Shown: piece by piece, positions 61,512 through 64,000 of the stretch | How the letters are laid out: every line of letters begins with the position of its first letter | Numbering within the stretch: the stretch's first letter is position 1 | Assembly (NCBI GenBank): GCA_002713145.1 | Contig: PAVS01000017.1 | Span: 3,824 to 67,823, forward strand | Source: Halobacteriovoraceae bacterium | GTDB lineage: Bacteria > Bdellovibrionota > Bacteriovoracia > Bacteriovoracales > Bacteriovoracaceae | DNA: 64,000 bases | Reading direction: 5' to 3' | Translations under genes and position numbers: made by a program | The notes under the pieces: model-generated | Told to the model about the DNA's origin: nothing | Seen by the model: the letters and a program-made list of their open reading frames with translations, nothing else | Databases searched by the model: none

Positions 61512-62636
61512 GCACTCCGGTGGTATAACCTCTCTATCTGGTAATTCATTGCCTGAAATATATCCATATGTGGCGTCCACATAATGAGTTTGCATCATTC
61601 GACATTGCTCAAAACCAGTAGCTGCTGCCCCGGCCCAAGCTTCATTGGAACCTAGATAAGCATTGGCCCAAGCTTTTTGTCCCATATACCCCATGACTGG
61701 AGGAAGGACAGCGCCTGCCACTTCAGCGACCCCACCGAGAATTCCTCCCCAGTCGGTTCCTGATTTTTGTTCACGGTAGCGAACCTGACAGTCAGCACAG
61801 TTAACGATATCTCCTGTGCGAGTCATGATCACGCCATATCTAGCTCCTAAACATTGGTTTAAATCTCTATCTGAACTACAAGCAGCGAGCATATCTTCAA
61901 CGGATAAACCACCTCGAATACTCACTCGTGGACCTCCATCAACATAAACTCTGCGAGAACCATTCCCCTGATCGATATCGTTACCTACGACCCAATCAAT
62001 ATCCGACCCTCTCACTTCTGCTCTTCTACATTTACTTTTTAAATTGCCATTAGAATCTAAACAGATTCTTTGATATTCAGAACCACCCACAGTGATTAAA
62101 TTACCATCAACATAAATTTGATCCCCTCTTCTAAAAGGACCTAGATCTATATAAAAGCCTCCGCCAGATCCGCCGGAAACTCCACCTGATCCCCCGCCAG
62201 GACCACCTTCCCAGCCTTCACGATCAGCTCTTCGGCCGAGTTCAATAAGTCTTTCTCTCTCTTCAGCATCACCGATTATTTCTCTCTCCGCTTGGTCAGC
62301 AATTTGCTCTGTTGTTTGCAACTGAACACATTCTCTTTTCCAAGCACCAACATAAGCTCCACTTGAGCCTCGTTGTAATTCAATTCCTTCGGCGATACTC
62401 ACACCTTCATCAACATTCGCCGTGGCATAAACACAACGAACACGAATACATCTTTCCGTTTCTGAGGTTGATATATGTTCTCTTTCTGAAGTGTTACCGG
62501 GTTGTCTTAAACAAGCGGCCATTAAATCATTAACCGCGCTATCAACCCTCTGGTCCGCATTTTCGGCAAGTGCTAGACTTGGAATTGCTCCCATGAGCAA
62601 TAGTAACGTTAGAGTTTTTGAACGAATTCCCATCAT
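60579..62636 (-). CDS. Secreted protein with a Cys-rich N-terminal domain and a ~310-aa Gly/aromatic low-complexity C-terminal region
   Basis: Signal peptide LLLLMGAIPSLALAEN, with 12 Cys in residues 40-375. Residues ~376-685 are GGFG/GYGG/GMPG repeats ending LGVNLGFGFGGGF. An AGGTGA RBS lies 5 nt before the ATG, and the coding GC content is conspicuously higher than neighbouring DNA. Confidence 0.75.
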   Translation of the reverse strand: MMGIRSKTLTLLLLMGAIPSLALAENADQRVDSAVNDLMAACLRQPGNTSEREHISTSETERCIRVRCVYATANVDEGVSIAEGIELQRGSSGAYVGAWKRECVQLQTTEQIADQAEREIIGDAEERERLIELGRRADREGWEGGPGGGSGGVSGGSGGGFYIDLGPFRRGDQIYVDGNLITVGGSEYQRICLDSNGNLKSKCRRAEVRGSDIDWVVGNDIDQGNGSRRVYVDGGPRVSIRGGLSVEDMLAACSSDRDLNQCLGARYGVIMTRTGDIVNCADCQVRYREQKSGTDWGGILGGVAEVAGAVLPPVMGYMGQKAWANAYLGSNEAWAGAAATGFEQCRMMQTHYVDATYGYISGNELPDREVIPPECNGYGLGGYAGFGNGYFGNGYGGFGNPWTSGGYTGGFLGGMYGPGLGYNPYFNASAGFGNPYGGLAGPYGGGFGMGGFPGMGGGGFGMPGGGFGVGVGLNTGFGGGMPGAGGFGMPGYGGFGTSMPAPGYGGFGGFGNGGFGNGGVMCIQAPCPGAGYGGFGGGGFGMPGYGGGLNIGFGLGGGKGGFGGYPYNGGYGGYYGGNGGFGGWNGQAGFPQGGSYWNNSVNGQNGFWAVQNSHMSNQASLQAGSYYQQAALANQVGQAQMNYAGYAGGGGGYGGYGGFGGGGYNAGYSPFNLGVNLGFGFGGGF

Positions 62637-62724
62637 AATTTCACCTAAGTTTATGGTTTAATCCCATCTACATTATAAACTATTAAATAAATGCCTTTGA
62701 GTCGGAAAAATCCTCCTCTTGGGT

Positions 62725-62752
62725 TTGTCGGCTAAAATCACGAATAACTTTA
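62725..62752 (-). promoter_or_regulatory. Candidate sigma-28 (FliA)-type promoter, TAAAGTTA-N12-GCCGACAA
   Basis: The minus strand reads TAAAGTTA (62752-45), a 12-nt spacer and GCCGACAA (62732-25), compared with the enteric consensus TAAAGTTT-N11-GCCGATAA. It lies about 90 nt upstream of the glycine-rich protein ATG. Confidence 0.45.
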
Positions 62753-62795
62753 ATAAATACGCTTAAATAATTGATTTTATAGAATTGATGAGCAA

Positions 62796-62822
62796 TAAAA
62801 AAGGACCTCAAATGGGGTCCTT
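62796..62822 (-). terminator. Rho-independent terminator after the 62862..63329 gene
   Basis: The minus strand reads AAGGACC-CCATTTGA-GGTCCTT followed by TTTTATT. Confidence 0.6.
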
Positions 62823-62861
62823 TCTCTTTATAATAATATAATAATGAAAATTTGAAGCTAA

Positions 62862-63329
62862 TTACTGAGCAGCGTGCTCAGGTCTTTCTGTTCTAGGATT
62901 AAATTTCTTCATATTGCGCACAAGAAATTCCACTAACTCATCATCTGATCCATAAACATCATCCACAAGATCAGAGTTCAGTAAAAAATCTCTCACTCTA
63001 TTAGCAACATTATGAAGGGACTCAACCATATAAAGTCCACCAAGAGACTCACCTTGATAAGATTTGATGATCTCTTTACGAGCGTGGTTAAACATTTCCG
63101 TTTCGGTAATGTCTTCTGGAATATCTTCTAAACCAAACTTCTCTTCTACCTCTTCAATAGCTTGATCACGAATATCTTCATCCGTTGAGAAAGCAACTCC
63201 AAGTTCTGTGGCCAAAGCATCAATAAGATCAGCTCTTTTGTCTACCTGATATTCAATTACATTATCTTGTTTTAAATGATTAACAGTATGTGTGGCCAAT
63301 GAGATCAGCGTGCTAAAATCAGTTCTCAT
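62862..63329 (-). CDS. Acidic cytoplasmic hypothetical protein (DUF507-like?)
   Basis: 155 aa, helical and Asp/Glu-rich (DEDIRDQAIEEVEEKFGLEDIPEDITETE). It has its own terminator. The family assignment is not secure. Confidence 0.5.
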   Translation of the reverse strand: MRTDFSTLISLATHTVNHLKQDNVIEYQVDKRADLIDALATELGVAFSTDEDIRDQAIEEVEEKFGLEDIPEDITETEMFNHARKEIIKSYQGESLGGLYMVESLHNVANRVRDFLLNSDLVDDVYGSDDELVEFLVRNMKKFNPRTERPEHAAQ

Positions 63330-63432
63330 AATCTTTATGTCCTTATGTTTAAAATCTCAATATATTAATTCCACTGTAGTCTACATCATGTATTTATATT
63401 AGCTCAAGCTAAATTATGGATAATTTAGGAGA

Positions 63433-64000
63433 TTATTTGCGCATAAATTTGCGAATGACTTTGATCACGAGACTTCTTTCTCCAAACAAAATGGCAAAGA
63501 AGAAGTAACTCGCAGCAACAACAAAAAGATATCCGGCCAGGAGCAGACAACGCTCAGCAAAGCTATGACTCATAAAATCAAACTGCTGCTTTAAATAGAA
63601 AGCAAGTCCAGATGTAATAAAGAGACTCAGTAAAATTTTAAAAACTCTTAAGTTAATATAAGTGTTCACCGCTAATTGAATATCTTTTTTAAGAATCAAT
63701 CCCTGCATAAATGAGTTAAGCATAATAGATAATGTCGTTCCCAGAGCCAGAATCTCAAATCCGTACTCGGGAGCGAGGGTCACGCAAAAAACAATATTAA
63801 AAGCCACACTTCCCATAGAACAGAGAACCGGAATTTTTTCGCGATCAATAGTGTAGAAGGTAGGAACAAAGATTTTGTAAATACTATAAAAAGGAAGGCC
63901 CAAAGCATACCAACGAAGGGCTTTAGCAGTTTGCTCAGTGGAAAAATGAGAAAATTGTCCCCTTTCAAAAATAACATTAATCATTTCATCACTAAAAATA
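63433..64000 (-). CDS. murJ: Lipid II flippase MurJ (MviN), C-terminal part; the 5' end lies outside the window
   Basis: The frame is open to base 64000. FERGQFSHFSTEQTAKALRWYALGLPFYSIYKIFVPTFYTIDREKIP matches the conserved MurJ ERGAF...T..TA.AL..Y..GL......K.L...FYA..D.K.P block. Confidence 0.8.
   Translation of the reverse strand, partial: IFSDEMINVIFERGQFSHFSTEQTAKALRWYALGLPFYSIYKIFVPTFYTIDREKIPVLCSMGSVAFNIVFCVTLAPEYGFEILALGTTLSIMLNSFMQGLILKKDIQLAVNTYINLRVFKILLSLFITSGLAFYLKQQFDFMSHSFAERCLLLAGYLFVVAASYFFFAILFGERSLVIKVIRKFMRK

Noticed and set aside
60797-61582. Alternative-frame ORFs within the glycine-rich gene (60797+, 60861+, 61076-, 61400-)
   Set aside because: These are artefacts of the reiterated GGN codons, which leave other frames open. 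Their translations are His/Ser/Thr-rich or Val/Glu/Leu-rich nonsense. Only the Gly-rich frame has an RBS, a signal peptide and a terminator.
1-64000. Search by eye for rRNA, tRNA, CRISPR arrays, transposases, integrases, phage structural blocks and long direct or inverted repeats
   Set aside because: I recognised none. Intergenic spaces are short, and all large ORFs have housekeeping, surface or hypothetical character. A proper tRNAscan, Infernal or repeat search could still find small elements that I cannot detect by reading.

Overview
AT-rich, densely coded bacterial chromosome segment (GC judged by eye at about the mid-30s percent, not computed). I recognised no rRNA, tRNA, CRISPR array, transposase or integrase. 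Gene content suggests a Bdellovibrio-like predator of the Halobacteriovorax/Bacteriovorax type; this is inference only. All family calls come from motifs read in the supplied translations, with no database search.

Layout:
- 1-5.8 kb: truncated transporter tail and an opp/dpp-like peptide ABC operon.
- 5.9-8.4 kb: lipoprotein and a large TPR lipoprotein.
- 8.8-14 kb: PhaR-like regulator, small OM beta-barrel, two translationally coupled ArsA/Get3-like ATPases, and a cystathionine beta-synthase / gamma-lyase pair.
- 14-16.6 kb: SpoIIE-like (degenerate) and HD-GYP signalling genes.
- 16.6-21 kb: minus-strand operon of a pilin-like Cys-rich protein, a split membrane spermidine-synthase-like enzyme and an acyltransferase-like membrane protein.
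- 21-24.6 kb: secreted or acidic-repeat hypotheticals and a class II aldolase-like gene.
- 24.7-29 kb: DUF1513-like gene coupled to three tandem pilin-like paralogues carrying phage-fibre-like motifs.
- 29-34.6 kb: M28 aminopeptidase, Suv3-like helicase, DUF455 and an ATP-grasp-like gene.
- 34.7-37.9 kb: thioesterase, non-canonical Fic, feoAB.
- 38-40.3 kb: PAS/coiled-coil membrane protein.
- 40.4-51.8 kb: a 12-gene flagellar export operon, fliL-fliM-fliN-fliO-fliP-fliQ-fliR-flhB-flhA-flhF-flhG-fliA.
- 52-64 kb: MAPEG, HU, DsbA-like, amidase, SpoIID, UDG-like, uvrC, a 685-aa secreted glycine-rich protein, and the murJ 3' part.

Most interesting observations:
- An orphan pilin/fibre chimera cluster with no assembly machinery in the window.
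- An FlhF whose GTPase motifs are all substituted, next to an FlhG lacking the activator motif.
- An enlarged FliO with an AMIN-like periplasmic domain.
- A glycine-rich secreted protein behind a sigma-28-like promoter.
- A Suv3 / DUF455 / ATP-grasp operon.
- An orphan plus-strand terminator that may mark a small RNA.
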